Positions 39,432 to 49,235 are shown, counted from the first letter of the stretch. The stretch: 64,000 nucleotides of DNA from an uncultured virus (IMG/VR IMGVR_UViG_3300004369_000007) (IMGVR_UViG_3300004369_000007), one strand, 5' to 3'. Numbers and translations are program-made. The notes: generated by a model from the letters alone, not told the origin.

Positions 39432-40955
39432 TTATTCCTCCACTAATACTGCAACATCTGTTGAATAAAACAATTGAGCAATTGATAATGCCGCCAAGAA
39501 ACTATTCTTAGAAACCTTCACAGGGTCAAAGACCCCTGCCTCAAACAAATCTTCATGCTGACATGAAACGGCATTAAAACCCCAATTAGGGTTTGTCCCA
39601 TCAATTGTCTTTTCAATTTCAAACTCAACAACTCTTGTTTGCTCGGTATAATTTGCATTGTCCATCAAAACACGATAAGGCTGAACAACCGACTTTCTAA
39701 ACCATTCTGGTGCTTCAATTGCATAAGCAAGACGAATAAACGGAACACCACCACCAACAACAATACCTTCTTCTAAAGCGGCTTTTGTTGCGTTAAGTGC
39801 GTCATCAAGTCTTTCTTTCTTTTCACGCATTTCAATTGAAGATGAAGCACCAACCTTAATGGTAGCAATACCTCCCTTTAGACGGGAGACTCTCGCTTTA
39901 ATCCGAGCCAAATCATGTCCCTTTAATTCTTTAGCCTGTTGCTTTAGAGATTTAATGCGTTCTTCTGTATTGCCTTCTCCACCGATAAAAGTAGTCGTTT
40001 CCTTTGTAATGATAATTTTAGAACAGGTTCCCAAATCAGTTTCAGTAAAAAGTTTAGAATCATCTTTACTCTCTTCAACAAAGACTTTACCCCCTATCAA
40101 AGACTGAATATCCGACAACTCATCAATTTGAGCATCTCCGAAGTTAGGAGCCATAACTACTGCACATTCAACAGTTCTATTGATTAGATTCATAATTAAA
40201 TTGTTAAGTGCCGAACCATCCATGCCTTTACACATAATTAAAAGTGGTCGGCTTTGACTTGCTGAATATTCAAGCAAAGGCATAATGTCCTTGAAATGAC
40301 GAATGCTCATATTTGACATAAAAACAACGGGATTATCAAATTCAACTTTTCCACTTTCTGTATTACACATAAGATGGCTAAGATAACCTTCTTGAATCTC
40401 CATACCTTCACGAAGAATTAGTTGTGTTTGGTAATTGTTAGATTCCTCAACAGTAATAACTCCATCACGACCAACGGTATTAAATGCTTCTTGAATCAAT
40501 TCACCCAATGCCGAGTCATTATTTGCCGCAATAGTAGCAACATTCATAATATCGTTATCCTTAACTTCAATAGAGATGCTATCTAAGAAATTAATAGTTT
40601 GTTCACGAAGAGATTCCATTAGAAGATTAAAGTCGTGAGTAGTCCATTGTTCTTCATTCTTCATCAATTCGTTACAAAAAGCCTGTGCAAGAATACAAGC
40701 AGTAGTTGTTCCATCACCTGACCCTTCTTGTGCTTTACTTGCTAAGTTTTGAACCAATTGAACACCCATTTGAACATAGGGGTCATCGTGAGAAACATAC
40801 TTTGTAATAGTTACTCCGTCATTAATGACGACTGGTGGATTACCCTGCAAAATAACAGTTTTGGCTTGAGGGCCAAGTGTAGGTTTTACAGTATCAGCAA
40901 CCAAGTTAATACCTTGTAGCAACTTTTGTTTTACTTCTTTTCCATTCAAAATCAT
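39432..40955 (-). CDS. groEL: Group I chaperonin GroEL
   Basis: TLGP, NDGVTI, GDGTTTA, VGRDGVITVEES, EKKERLDDAL.AT.AA.EEGIVVGGG, DPVKV. Confidence 0.95.
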   Translation of the reverse strand: MILNGKEVKQKLLQGINLVADTVKPTLGPQAKTVILQGNPPVVINDGVTITKYVSHDDPYVQMGVQLVQNLASKAQEGSGDGTTTACILAQAFCNELMKNEEQWTTHDFNLLMESLREQTINFLDSISIEVKDNDIMNVATIAANNDSALGELIQEAFNTVGRDGVITVEESNNYQTQLILREGMEIQEGYLSHLMCNTESGKVEFDNPVVFMSNMSIRHFKDIMPLLEYSASQSRPLLIMCKGMDGSALNNLIMNLINRTVECAVVMAPNFGDAQIDELSDIQSLIGGKVFVEESKDDSKLFTETDLGTCSKIIITKETTTFIGGEGNTEERIKSLKQQAKELKGHDLARIKARVSRLKGGIATIKVGASSSIEMREKKERLDDALNATKAALEEGIVVGGGVPFIRLAYAIEAPEWFRKSVVQPYRVLMDNANYTEQTRVVEFEIEKTIDGTNPNWGFNAVSCQHEDLFEAGVFDPVKVSKNSFLAALSIAQLFYSTDVAVLVEE

Positions 40956-41170
40956 TCAATCACACCCAACAAATGTTCAACGGAAACAATAATCATATCA
41001 TCATGGGTAACAAAACGGTGTCTATCATCAAATAGAACCAATTTACCCTCTACTTCAGGCATAGAAGGACATGAATGCACAATACCTGTGCTGTCAATTT
41101 TAACCTGAATCCCCGATTTAGAAACAGAGTTTTCTAGTTTAATTACTGCATAGTTTCCCAAAGCCTTCAT
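40952..41170 (-). CDS. groES: Co-chaperonin GroES-like
   Basis: MKALGNYAVI...SKSGI...VLF...EHLLGVIE; overlaps groEL start. Confidence 0.75.
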   Translation of the reverse strand: MKALGNYAVIKLENSVSKSGIQVKIDSTGIVHSCPSMPEVEGKLVLFDDRHRFVTHDDMIIVSVEHLLGVIE

Positions 41171-41454
41171 TCTTCTTCCTCCGATTGAGGAATTGCGACC
41201 CATGCTCGGTGGTTTTCTGAAACCCAAGTATAAACATGAGTTTTATAGAACTGTTTAAGGCGTTTTTCTCTCTCAGTCATTTTTGCACCTTTTTTAAACC
41301 ATTGAACGCCTTTATCGGTTCTTCGCTCATTTTTGTCATTGGGATGACGAATATGATGAGGTTCCAATGGTTCTTCATCATGTGGGCGCATTGGTCTTTC
41401 TCCGTATTTCTTTGCTGTGCTTAATCCGCTTTTAATTGTTCTATACTTTGTCAT
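41167..41454 (-). CDS. Basic hypothetical protein
   Basis: 95-aa ORF in operon. Confidence 0.45.
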   Translation of the reverse strand: MTKYRTIKSGLSTAKKYGERPMRPHDEEPLEPHHIRHPNDKNERRTDKGVQWFKKGAKMTEREKRLKQFYKTHVYTWVSENHRAWVAIPQSEEEE

Positions 41455-41612
41455 TATTCTTCACCTACCATTTTTACTAAACTCATGAAAATTGCTCTCG
41501 CTTCTGCTTCCGATTCGCAAGCGATGGTTCGCTTATTTTCGGTGTTAATCAGAATCCAACCCCTATGTTCACCTGTTACCTCATAAGTTAATTCGCTGAT
41601 TTCCCAACTCAT
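41454..41612 (-). CDS. Small hypothetical protein (52 aa; not in ORF track)
   Basis: MSWEISELTYEVTGEHRGW...; overlaps both neighbours. Confidence 0.45.
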   Translation of the reverse strand: MSWEISELTYEVTGEHRGWILINTENKRTIACESEAEARAIFMSLVKMVGEE

Positions 41613-42199
41613 TCTTCTTCCTCCTTTTTATTCCAAATTTGAATTTTTTCTGATTCAAAGTTGCGATAGATTTCAAGTTGTTGTGGTTCTTTTTGATTCC
41701 AAAAACCATAGTGGCCTTCTCCACCAAGAACATATGCACATTCCATATTTAGTTCCCAAATAGAAACAGTCCGAATATCAGTTCCACTAAAATAAGCAGA
41801 ACCAAATGGATGAGTATGAATCCAACAACGAATAGGCAGACTCATTCCAACAGGAGGTTGAAAGAAATCAACATACCCTGCTGTTCCTGTTGATACGAAA
41901 CAATTGTTTTTACCATCAATAACTACTTGAACTTCAAGATTGGGCAAAAGAACCGTTGATGCTTCCCAAATAGTGTCGTGAAAACTATGGTTGTGCATAG
42001 CAACATCAAGAAGTTTTTCTTTTGGGCCAGCACAAGAAGTTAATTGTTCTTGAAGCAATTCTTCAAAGTGGTTTTCAATGATTTGTTGAGCAGTTAGTCG
42101 TGCTTCATCAATGAGGGCATTTTCAGCAACCCAAGCATCATAACCAGAATCATCTTCGTTTTCAATTTCTTTCCAGTATTTATCTTTAATTTTTCCCAT
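41609..42199 (-). CDS. JAB/MPN+ metallopeptidase (deubiquitinase-like)
   Basis: Upstream Glu (NLEVQ) and WIHTHPFGSAYFSGTD = HxH-x7-S-x2-D. Confidence 0.85.
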   Translation of the reverse strand: MGKIKDKYWKEIENEDDSGYDAWVAENALIDEARLTAQQIIENHFEELLQEQLTSCAGPKEKLLDVAMHNHSFHDTIWEASTVLLPNLEVQVVIDGKNNCFVSTGTAGYVDFFQPPVGMSLPIRCWIHTHPFGSAYFSGTDIRTVSIWELNMECAYVLGGEGHYGFWNQKEPQQLEIYRNFESEKIQIWNKKEEEE

Positions 42200-42201
42200 G
42201 T

Positions 42202-43245
42202 TTATTCACCTCGGACACGCTTCAATTTGGCCTCCAACTTAGCGGTTTTCTTAGCCTGTTTTCTTTCCTTACGAAGCATACGGCGGCTCTTTTGTGGCTT
42301 TGGGGCGGGCGGTTGTTTGCGAGCCTTGATTTCCTTAGAAGCCTCCATAAGCATAGAGATATGCTCAGGCTTTGTGCTATCAACGAGGCGTTCCAAGCGA
42401 CTTGCGATAGCCCCGTATGACCTATTAAATCGGTTTCGGGCATCATCAATTGAAAGTTCGTAAAAGTTTAAGATAAGGTCATAATCCTCTTCTTTCGTCC
42501 AACGAGCCACATACCGTTGCTTAGGCTTTTTCTTAGAAGTTTTCTTCTTCTCTTCCTTTTGAGGAAGTGAAGCACTTTTAAGTGTAGCAAAATACCGAAT
42601 AATTGTTTCTGGTTTTCGCAGGTTAAGAGCAACTGCTTCCTCAACGGTTTCACAATTACGAATCATTTCTAATTCAACCTTTGACAATCGCCCACGCCTT
42701 ACGCCATTTTTTGTTTGTTGTTTTTGAAGTATAGTCCATCGTTGGTTTTTAGCCGACCTTGACCGACCATTATCCAATTCCATAGCCTTCTTCCAAGAAC
42801 CACAAGCAAGCAATTGCTCATCTTCTTCTTTTGTCCATGCATTTCTCTTCATCTTTTTCATCTCCATATTTTGTTTTATTTTATTTTTTGTTTCGGTTAA
42901 TTCTGATTTAACCTTTTGTTCGTGAATAATTTGTTTCACGATAAAATCAACATTATCTTCGTTAATTTTTTGCTGAAATTGTTCCTCAAAGCCAGTAATA
43001 ATTTTCTTCATAGGAAAATTATTTAGCCAAGCGGCATAAACAAACTGTGTTTGTTTATCAGTAAAATAATTGCTGAAATCTACTCCAATCAAAGAGTTAT
43101 ATTTGATTGAAAGATTTGATGGCGCACGACGATAGCCGAACTTTATTTCCATTTCATCAGCAATAGTCTCCCAAGTTTTCTTGAGAGTCCTACCTACTAC
43201 CATGTGTGCAATCTCTTCATCACTATATACTTTTCTTGTTCTCAT
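42202..43245 (-). CDS. Multi-HTH (Myb/SANT-like repeat) DNA-binding protein
   Basis: WTKEEDEQL and WTKEEDYDL...RS..AI..R repeats. Confidence 0.65.
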   Translation of the reverse strand: MRTRKVYSDEEIAHMVVGRTLKKTWETIADEMEIKFGYRRAPSNLSIKYNSLIGVDFSNYFTDKQTQFVYAAWLNNFPMKKIITGFEEQFQQKINEDNVDFIVKQIIHEQKVKSELTETKNKIKQNMEMKKMKRNAWTKEEDEQLLACGSWKKAMELDNGRSRSAKNQRWTILQKQQTKNGVRRGRLSKVELEMIRNCETVEEAVALNLRKPETIIRYFATLKSASLPQKEEKKKTSKKKPKQRYVARWTKEEDYDLILNFYELSIDDARNRFNRSYGAIASRLERLVDSTKPEHISMLMEASKEIKARKQPPAPKPQKSRRMLRKERKQAKKTAKLEAKLKRVRGE

Positions 43246-43799
43246 ACATTCACCACCATATATTCTCTCACTTCTTCATTATTAAAATATCTTTGAATCC
43301 ATTGTGCGCCCAATCCTGCAATTGCGACCTGCATGAAATGAACATTACTATTTGTTCCATCCCATGAATCCCCTTGACAACTGAATGAACCTTCTTCTCC
43401 TGCTAAGAGCATATCATACATTTTCGGGTCGGCCTTATGCGACACAAGGGCGGCATTTCTGCCCTGCGCTCGTAAGTCAAGCCATTTAAGGGTTGTGTTG
43501 TATAAGGTTCGCCTTACGCCCAAGTTATCAACGCAACAAACCACAAGGTCATAGCCCGACATTTGTTTTTCAGTCAAAACAGGATATTTACTATAAGTAG
43601 CGACAGATTCATAAGAATCCATCATTACTTGAGCCTTATTCTGCCCGACATGACCTTTCTTAAAGTTTTGATAAGGTAGATTCTTTGTTTCTACGCTATC
43701 GGGGTCAGCCACATGAATGCGGTAAAGTCCCACTTTATCTAATGTAGGAATTAGAAAACTTCCAATTCCACCTGCGCCAATTACTAATACTTTTCTCAT
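43242..43799 (-). CDS. ThiF/MoeB/E1-like adenylating enzyme
   Basis: VLVIGAGGIGS, DPDSVETKNL..Q, VGQNKA, DLVVCCVDN. Confidence 0.88.
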   Translation of the reverse strand: MRKVLVIGAGGIGSFLIPTLDKVGLYRIHVADPDSVETKNLPYQNFKKGHVGQNKAQVMMDSYESVATYSKYPVLTEKQMSGYDLVVCCVDNLGVRRTLYNTTLKWLDLRAQGRNAALVSHKADPKMYDMLLAGEEGSFSCQGDSWDGTNSNVHFMQVAIAGLGAQWIQRYFNNEEVREYMVVNV

Positions 43800-43811
43800 A
43801 TATATTCCTCC

Positions 43812-44144
43812 TTAAAACGATTTACCATGCATATATTCACGGCTTTGATTGTATTCAATCTTAGCGAGAATCGCACCCGCTATATCTAAATCTTTACCAA
43901 AAGCATAATCCATAATACGAATTACTGCGTCGGCTAATTCTTCTTCAAGATTACTATATTCAATAATCTTTGATGAAGAAGGATTACCTTCTCTCAAGGC
44001 TTCAAGTGCTTCACTAATTTCAGCATGAATTAAAGCCATGCGCTCGCCATCATTAGGCTTTTCTTTCCAAAAGCCATGATTAACTGCATTTGTATATACT
44101 TTCTTTGCTATTCTATTCCATTCCTTTTCAAACATTTTATTCAC
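43812..44144 (-). CDS. MazG-like NTP pyrophosphohydrolase
   Basis: EISEALEA, EEELAD..IR, KIEYNQSR. Confidence 0.8.
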   Translation of the reverse strand: MNKMFEKEWNRIAKKVYTNAVNHGFWKEKPNDGERMALIHAEISEALEALREGNPSSSKIIEYSNLEEELADAVIRIMDYAFGKDLDIAGAILAKIEYNQSREYMHGKSF

Positions 44145-44997
44145 CTAGTTCACTTAATTGTTTTCCTTTGACTTGATTCGCTAATTCTAATCCAATCATA
44201 CTGAGAATCTCTTTGGTTTGTCTGCGAATATTAAATCTAGAAAACCCAGTTTTCTTTGTAATCAATACTTGTGTAATTTGAGTATTCACAGTCATTTTTG
44301 CAGTAATCCAAATAATACAAGCATAATAAGAACGACCTCTGTTAAATGTATTCTGTTCAACCTTTGATTCAAAAAATTCAAGCACTTTAATTGCTTGACG
44401 CTTGAATACTAAATCATCAGTAATTTTATTGAGAGTTTGTTCAAGTAAATACTGAGGATTGATAGGCATATAATTTGCGCTATTACGATAGGTTTGGTTA
44501 ATTTTTCTAACCAAACGCTTTACTACTTTTAAGTTAGGTTCAAACTCACCCATTACTTCCTTAAATGAATAAGGTGTTCCGTTTTCCCTTAACGCATAAA
44601 AAACAACTGCGGTTGCTCTTGCTTCGTATTCACTTCGGCCAAATATGCCTTTGTTGTTTAAGTCCATGTAAAGTTTCTCAACTCTTTCATTTAACTTAAG
44701 ATTAGGTGCTACATTTGCTAATACCATGTTACAATGAACAAGTCCATTTTGCACAGATTTCGGAATTACACTATTTTTACCAAACTTATTAAATTTATAA
44801 GAACCTTTTCCAGTAATAACTGAGCCTAATTTCCCTTTGTCTGCTGAATGTTGTAGATTACCGCCAGTATCTAAAAGATGGACGGTTTCTTCAAACATTT
44901 CTTGCACAAGAACAAGACCACATTCATTACAGATTCTTTCACCTTGAATTTCATCAAAGTAATTATCTTTGCTACCACATTCATCGCAATTCATCAT
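44137..44997 (-). CDS. tfb: Transcription factor B (TFB/TFIIB)-like
   Basis: Zn ribbon CDECGS...GERICNECGLV plus two cyclin-like repeats (GRS..A). Confidence 0.8.
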   Translation of the reverse strand: MMNCDECGSKDNYFDEIQGERICNECGLVLVQEMFEETVHLLDTGGNLQHSADKGKLGSVITGKGSYKFNKFGKNSVIPKSVQNGLVHCNMVLANVAPNLKLNERVEKLYMDLNNKGIFGRSEYEARATAVVFYALRENGTPYSFKEVMGEFEPNLKVVKRLVRKINQTYRNSANYMPINPQYLLEQTLNKITDDLVFKRQAIKVLEFFESKVEQNTFNRGRSYYACIIWITAKMTVNTQITQVLITKKTGFSRFNIRRQTKEILSMIGLELANQVKGKQLSELGE

Positions 44998-46141
44998 TAT
45001 CAACTCTATATTCATTGGGTTGAGCAGTAAGATACCGCCTAATTGTATTCACTATTTTAATTGTGTGGAAGTCGTTTAATAAAGCCAATGCCCGTGTTGC
45101 GAATTGGTCGCCCAAAGGAGAACCTTCAGCCATATTATCAATACAAATTGGGCCTCTCCAATTTGGAGAAGAAACAACTTTTTTAGTTTTGCCGCTTTCT
45201 TCATCTTTAAATTCTTCAAAAATCGGTTGCCAGACATAAGTTGAAACCATTTGAATGCCTGACTTATATCGGTTGTTGGTTAGCATCCAATCATATTCTT
45301 TACCACGAATATAAATAGTGGTAAGAACATTATCTTCATACTCAGCAGAAAGACGACCTTTGTATTGAACTAGCATATCTGCAACCAATTCCAATGCTCT
45401 AGCATCAACAATATCTTGCGTTCTGTTTTGCATCAAAAAGGCAATCATAACCTTTAACTCAGAACTGCTGGGTTCACGACCAATTAATTTAGTGTAAAGA
45501 CTCTTAGGAGAAAGATACTTCCAAGAGCCTCTTTTCTTTCCATGAAGATAAAAATTACAATATGAATCTAATTGCTTAGGAGTAATTTCGCCCCAAATAC
45601 CATCACTAATTTCCATAGCCAGCATTTTCTCATCAATTTGAACAACATTTAAACGAACATCTTGTTTTTCAAAATCAACAAAGAAATGAAAAGGTGCTCG
45701 GTTTTCAATACAATATAGAACATTTTCAGGTAAATTAAGAGTTGAGTAAAGAGAAGAAAGAAGTTTAGCACCATCTTTTTCAAAGCAAGCCTTGAAAGTA
45801 ATTCTAGCCAAAGCAGAACAAATGGTTGCTAAACTATAAGATTTACCGTTCAAGTGGTAGCGAATGCCTTCTCTTGAAAGAACAACGGGACATTGTTCAA
45901 TAAACACAATATGGTGAAATTCTTCAGTAAAATGTATTTGCTGTCTTAGACTATGATACCGATTTCTTCTTCTTGGAGAAATAATGTCTCTCCAGAATGC
46001 TTCTAAACCTGCTTGAACAGGGTCTTTTGCGTTTCTTATATAAGCAATGCTTTTCATTTCTGGAAATGAAAAAGTTTCGCAAGTAATATTACAGATATAA
46101 TATTTATTTGAATCGTCGGGAACTGCTATATTTAATTTCAT
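44981..46141 (-). CDS. Hypothetical protein with C-terminal putative E2 (UBC)-like domain
   Basis: SPNWRGPICIDNM resembles the E2 active site HPN..G.ICLD; near E1 and JAB genes. Confidence 0.5.
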   Translation of the reverse strand: MKLNIAVPDDSNKYYICNITCETFSFPEMKSIAYIRNAKDPVQAGLEAFWRDIISPRRRNRYHSLRQQIHFTEEFHHIVFIEQCPVVLSREGIRYHLNGKSYSLATICSALARITFKACFEKDGAKLLSSLYSTLNLPENVLYCIENRAPFHFFVDFEKQDVRLNVVQIDEKMLAMEISDGIWGEITPKQLDSYCNFYLHGKKRGSWKYLSPKSLYTKLIGREPSSSELKVMIAFLMQNRTQDIVDARALELVADMLVQYKGRLSAEYEDNVLTTIYIRGKEYDWMLTNNRYKSGIQMVSTYVWQPIFEEFKDEESGKTKKVVSSPNWRGPICIDNMAEGSPLGDQFATRALALLNDFHTIKIVNTIRRYLTAQPNEYRVDNDELR

Positions 46142-46145
46142 TTTA

Positions 46146-46307
46146 TCACATCATATATACATTTTTATCATCACTATCACATTTAGTGTGAACTTCTTTT
46201 TTAATTTCATCAACAACCATAAGTTGCCCACCGCACACACGACAGCGTGTGGCTATTTGTTTATTGCTTCTCTTATTGAGAATATAAGTTGGGTCTTGTT
46301 CTCTCAT
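46146..46307 (-). CDS. Small C2HC Zn-finger protein (53 aa; not in ORF track)
   Basis: CRVCGGQL...VHTKC. Confidence 0.5.
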   Translation of the reverse strand: MREQDPTYILNKRSNKQIATRCRVCGGQLMVVDEIKKEVHTKCDSDDKNVYMM

Positions 46308-46641
46308 TTAAATTCCTCATTCTGTTTATTGTTAATTCTTTTGATTCGCAGATTTTACAACTCATTCCTTCGCAATTGACTCTATGATAATCAACCAACT
46401 CTTTTATTTTAGCACTTTGTTCTTTTAGGTATTTGTGAAAGCCACAAAGGATGGCTTCCTCAATTTCCCAAAAACATTCTTTTAATGTAGTATTTAGTCT
46501 AAACATTTTTTCATTCTCATCTATGTATGAATCACAGACATTTATTGCTAAATTTATTCTTTTAAGAGAGTCGTCTGACAAATCTCTAATCATTAATATT
46601 ACTGTTTCTAAATACTCTTCAAATGATTTGAAGAGTGTCAT
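46273..46641 (-). CDS. Hypothetical protein
   Basis: 122-aa ORF with H...C....C..C motif; GGTGA RBS. Confidence 0.5.
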   Translation of the reverse strand: MTLFKSFEEYLETVILMIRDLSDDSLKRINLAINVCDSYIDENEKMFRLNTTLKECFWEIEEAILCGFHKYLKEQSAKIKELVDYHRVNCEGMSCKICESKELTINRMRNLNERTRPNLYSQ

Positions 46642-46650
46642 TTAATCACC

Positions 46651-48525
46651 TTAGATTTCGCAAGCACCGCCAGCACAGGCAATTTCACCCGAAAGGTCAG
46701 TATTGTCCTGCAATTCTTGAATCATAGTCAAATCAACATCTTGTAGTGATTCAGTCAATTTATCATATGTTTCTTTATCGCAGGTTTCAAAGGGTGCTTG
46801 AGTATATGTTCCTCCGTCATATGGGAGAACAGACAGTCCGTTATAATAATGTCGGTTAAGCCACATCCAATCGGCAACTGTTTCCCATTCATCATCTTTA
46901 ATAGAAATGGTAGCAGAAACATTGTGGGTATTCAATCCATCATTGTGTCCTGCACGAACCCAACGAATGCTAAAGTTTTTCACTCTTTCTAATAAATCAA
47001 ATACTGATTCATGGCGAGTAATTGCTGATTTTGGTGCTTTTTGAGGAACTGAAATAACAGCCTGTTCGTGCGGATTGAAGAACTCGTCCTCAACCAATTC
47101 TGGGTGATTGTTTGCGAGATACCCATAGATTGCTTCATTCTTACCAACACGCAGACGGCGAATATAATACTCATCGTGATAAGCGTGAATCCCACTACTT
47201 GTTCCAAGAACAAGAGAAGTCGTTCCAGCAGGTTTAACGCAGGTGGTTCGTGAAGCAGGATTAATACCAATTAACTTAGCAACCTTTTCATTTTCCTTTT
47301 TAACTTCATATGCGGCCATTTCTAAGTCTAGATGCTCAACAACATTTGAAGCAATACCAGTCATAGAAACTCCGAGCAAAGCATCTTTTTCTGTATTCTT
47401 TCGCCAAACTTCACGGAGATAATGAAAATCAGTATATCCTGCTTGAAGTGTTCCGAGGAAAGCGGCGGCAGAAACTCTTGCTTCTAAATCGGCTTGGTCG
47501 GTAACATCTGAAGCATTTACTTCAGTTAGGTTACAAAACTGATATGGTCGGAGAGCAATTTCACAACAGGGATTTGTTCCCCAATCTTTGTCATTATTGA
47601 AATAAATTCCTGGCTCTCCAGAACCAGATGCTTTGATTCTATTCCACAAATCCATAAAGAAATCTTTAGTTACTCTATGGCGTAGCAATACTGCTGAATT
47701 GTTTGCCCTACCTCTTTGTGGATTGTTTTCCCACCAATTACCAGATTTACAAGCAATCATTTCATGGTCGTCTGCTGAAAATAAACTAATCATAGCCGCA
47801 CGACGAATACCGCCACTAAGAACAGCATCAGCAATATGACACATAATGTCATGTGCTTGAATAGGTTTCAATACAGAGCCGTTAGGGATATTTTGAAGCA
47901 TTCCTTCAATTTTAACGAGACATTCTCTTAATGGTTGTGGGCCTGGGGCTTTTCCACCAGAAGTTTTCAAAAGAGAACCTTTTGGTCTAATATCAGAATA
48001 ATCAAATATAGGAGTAGATGTTCTCACACCCGTATAACATTCCATTAGAATTTTTACTGCATCAGCCCAACCCTCTATTGAATCATTAACTAAATATCGT
48101 CGTTGGCGATTTGGGTTAGGATGCAGAATAGGAGTCATCAATTCAACATGGTGTCGCTGAACAGAATATCCTACGCCTGTTCCTCCTAACAATAGGAACA
48201 TTGCTTCACTAAAAGCGATGTAAGTATCAATAGGCATATAAGCACAGTTATAGACACGGTTAGGGCTAATTTCAATTGGCTTACCGCCAAACTGCATTGA
48301 GCGCATAGAAGGCAAAATCTTTTTAGGTTTGACAAAATGAGTATAAACTTCTCTAATGTCTTTTTCTAACTGGGGATAAGTTTTAATGTGCATTTCCATG
48401 TTTCGCTCAACAATTTCATCCCAAGTTTCTCGGCGGAGAAGTTCGGGGCTGTATTTTGCGTATTTCATATGCACAGTAATGTCAGATAAAATTTTCTTAT
48501 TTGGGGCTTGAGTCATGTTTAACAC
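46651..48525 (-). CDS. nrdJ: Class II (B12-dependent) ribonucleotide reductase
   Basis: LPSMR, NCAY, GTGVG, TNPCCEI, FCNLTEV, TCVKPAGTTS, C-terminal CAGGAC; no R2 gene. Confidence 0.9.
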   Translation of the reverse strand: MLNMTQAPNKKILSDITVHMKYAKYSPELLRRETWDEIVERNMEMHIKTYPQLEKDIREVYTHFVKPKKILPSMRSMQFGGKPIEISPNRVYNCAYMPIDTYIAFSEAMFLLLGGTGVGYSVQRHHVELMTPILHPNPNRQRRYLVNDSIEGWADAVKILMECYTGVRTSTPIFDYSDIRPKGSLLKTSGGKAPGPQPLRECLVKIEGMLQNIPNGSVLKPIQAHDIMCHIADAVLSGGIRRAAMISLFSADDHEMIACKSGNWWENNPQRGRANNSAVLLRHRVTKDFFMDLWNRIKASGSGEPGIYFNNDKDWGTNPCCEIALRPYQFCNLTEVNASDVTDQADLEARVSAAAFLGTLQAGYTDFHYLREVWRKNTEKDALLGVSMTGIASNVVEHLDLEMAAYEVKKENEKVAKLIGINPASRTTCVKPAGTTSLVLGTSSGIHAYHDEYYIRRLRVGKNEAIYGYLANNHPELVEDEFFNPHEQAVISVPQKAPKSAITRHESVFDLLERVKNFSIRWVRAGHNDGLNTHNVSATISIKDDEWETVADWMWLNRHYYNGLSVLPYDGGTYTQAPFETCDKETYDKLTESLQDVDLTMIQELQDNTDLSGEIACAGGACEI

Positions 48526-48902
48526 CTATATTTACTTCGTTTAGGTAATTCAGAAAGATTAGAGAAAGAAGATAACCAATTAGTTCCATCGGTTATTACC
48601 CACTCCATTTCTTCAAGGAATACCCAGTCCTTAAAATTCAGAATAGCATCTTTTCCACAAAAAGAAAGCAATTCTTCCGTGGATGAAAATGTCTGCCCTG
48701 CGTATTCAATCCGAGTATGCCCTTCGGCATAAATGTAGCCCCTGTTCCCCATAGCGAGGACATGACGGGCGGGATAGAAGTCAGGTTTTACTACTGCTAG
48801 ACCATTTATCTGAATACAGGATGTTAATTTCCATCCTTTCAGGTCTAGCATTATTTTTAATCCATTTTGGTTAATAAAATTTATTAAATCGGGTTGCATC
48901 AC
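48519..48902 (-). CDS. Hypothetical protein
   Basis: 127-aa ORF. Confidence 0.5.
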   Translation of the reverse strand: MMQPDLINFINQNGLKIMLDLKGWKLTSCIQINGLAVVKPDFYPARHVLAMGNRGYIYAEGHTRIEYAGQTFSSTEELLSFCGKDAILNFKDWVFLEEMEWVITDGTNWLSSFSNLSELPKRSKYRC

Positions 48903-48910
48903 CCGAAAAA

Positions 48911-48947
48911 GGGGATAGCGCAGGGTGGATTAACCCTACGCTACCCC
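48911..48947 (-). terminator. Hairpin downstream of Ubl gene
   Basis: GGGGATAGCGCAGGGT...ACCCTACGCTACCCC imperfect stem, followed by T-run on - strand. Confidence 0.5.
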
Positions 48948-48988
48948 CAAATTGCGGCTTTGGAAGAGTAAAAGAAATTACACTAATT

Positions 48989-49195
48989 TCAATAGCACCC
49001 TCCAACGATTGCGGGAGTCAAATCAACAGATTGAACCGTTTCCCAGTTAATTTCACCGATAGATTCTCGGCTAACCATTTCTCCGTCAATAAAGACCCAA
49101 TGGGTGGGGTGTCGGTCAATTTCATCAATAACCTCGCTTTGTGCGAGAACGACTTCTGTGTGTCCAGTTTCATTCATAATTCTTAACTTAATCAT
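48989..49195 (-). CDS. Ubiquitin-like (beta-grasp) protein ending GG-CY
   Basis: 68 aa; IKLRI strand, helix, VFIDG, VDLTPAIVGG then Cys-Tyr. Confidence 0.75.
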   Translation of the reverse strand: MIKLRIMNETGHTEVVLAQSEVIDEIDRHPTHWVFIDGEMVSRESIGEINWETVQSVDLTPAIVGGCY

Positions 49196-49235
49196 AATAT
49201 CATCTCCTGATGTGTGTTTTCTCTACTCTTCCAAA

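Noticed and set aside
43242..49195. ThiF/ThiS as thiamine or molybdopterin biosynthesis genes
   Set aside because: No thiG, moaE or desulfurase nearby; JAB and an E2-like motif favour conjugation, though sulfur transfer is not excluded
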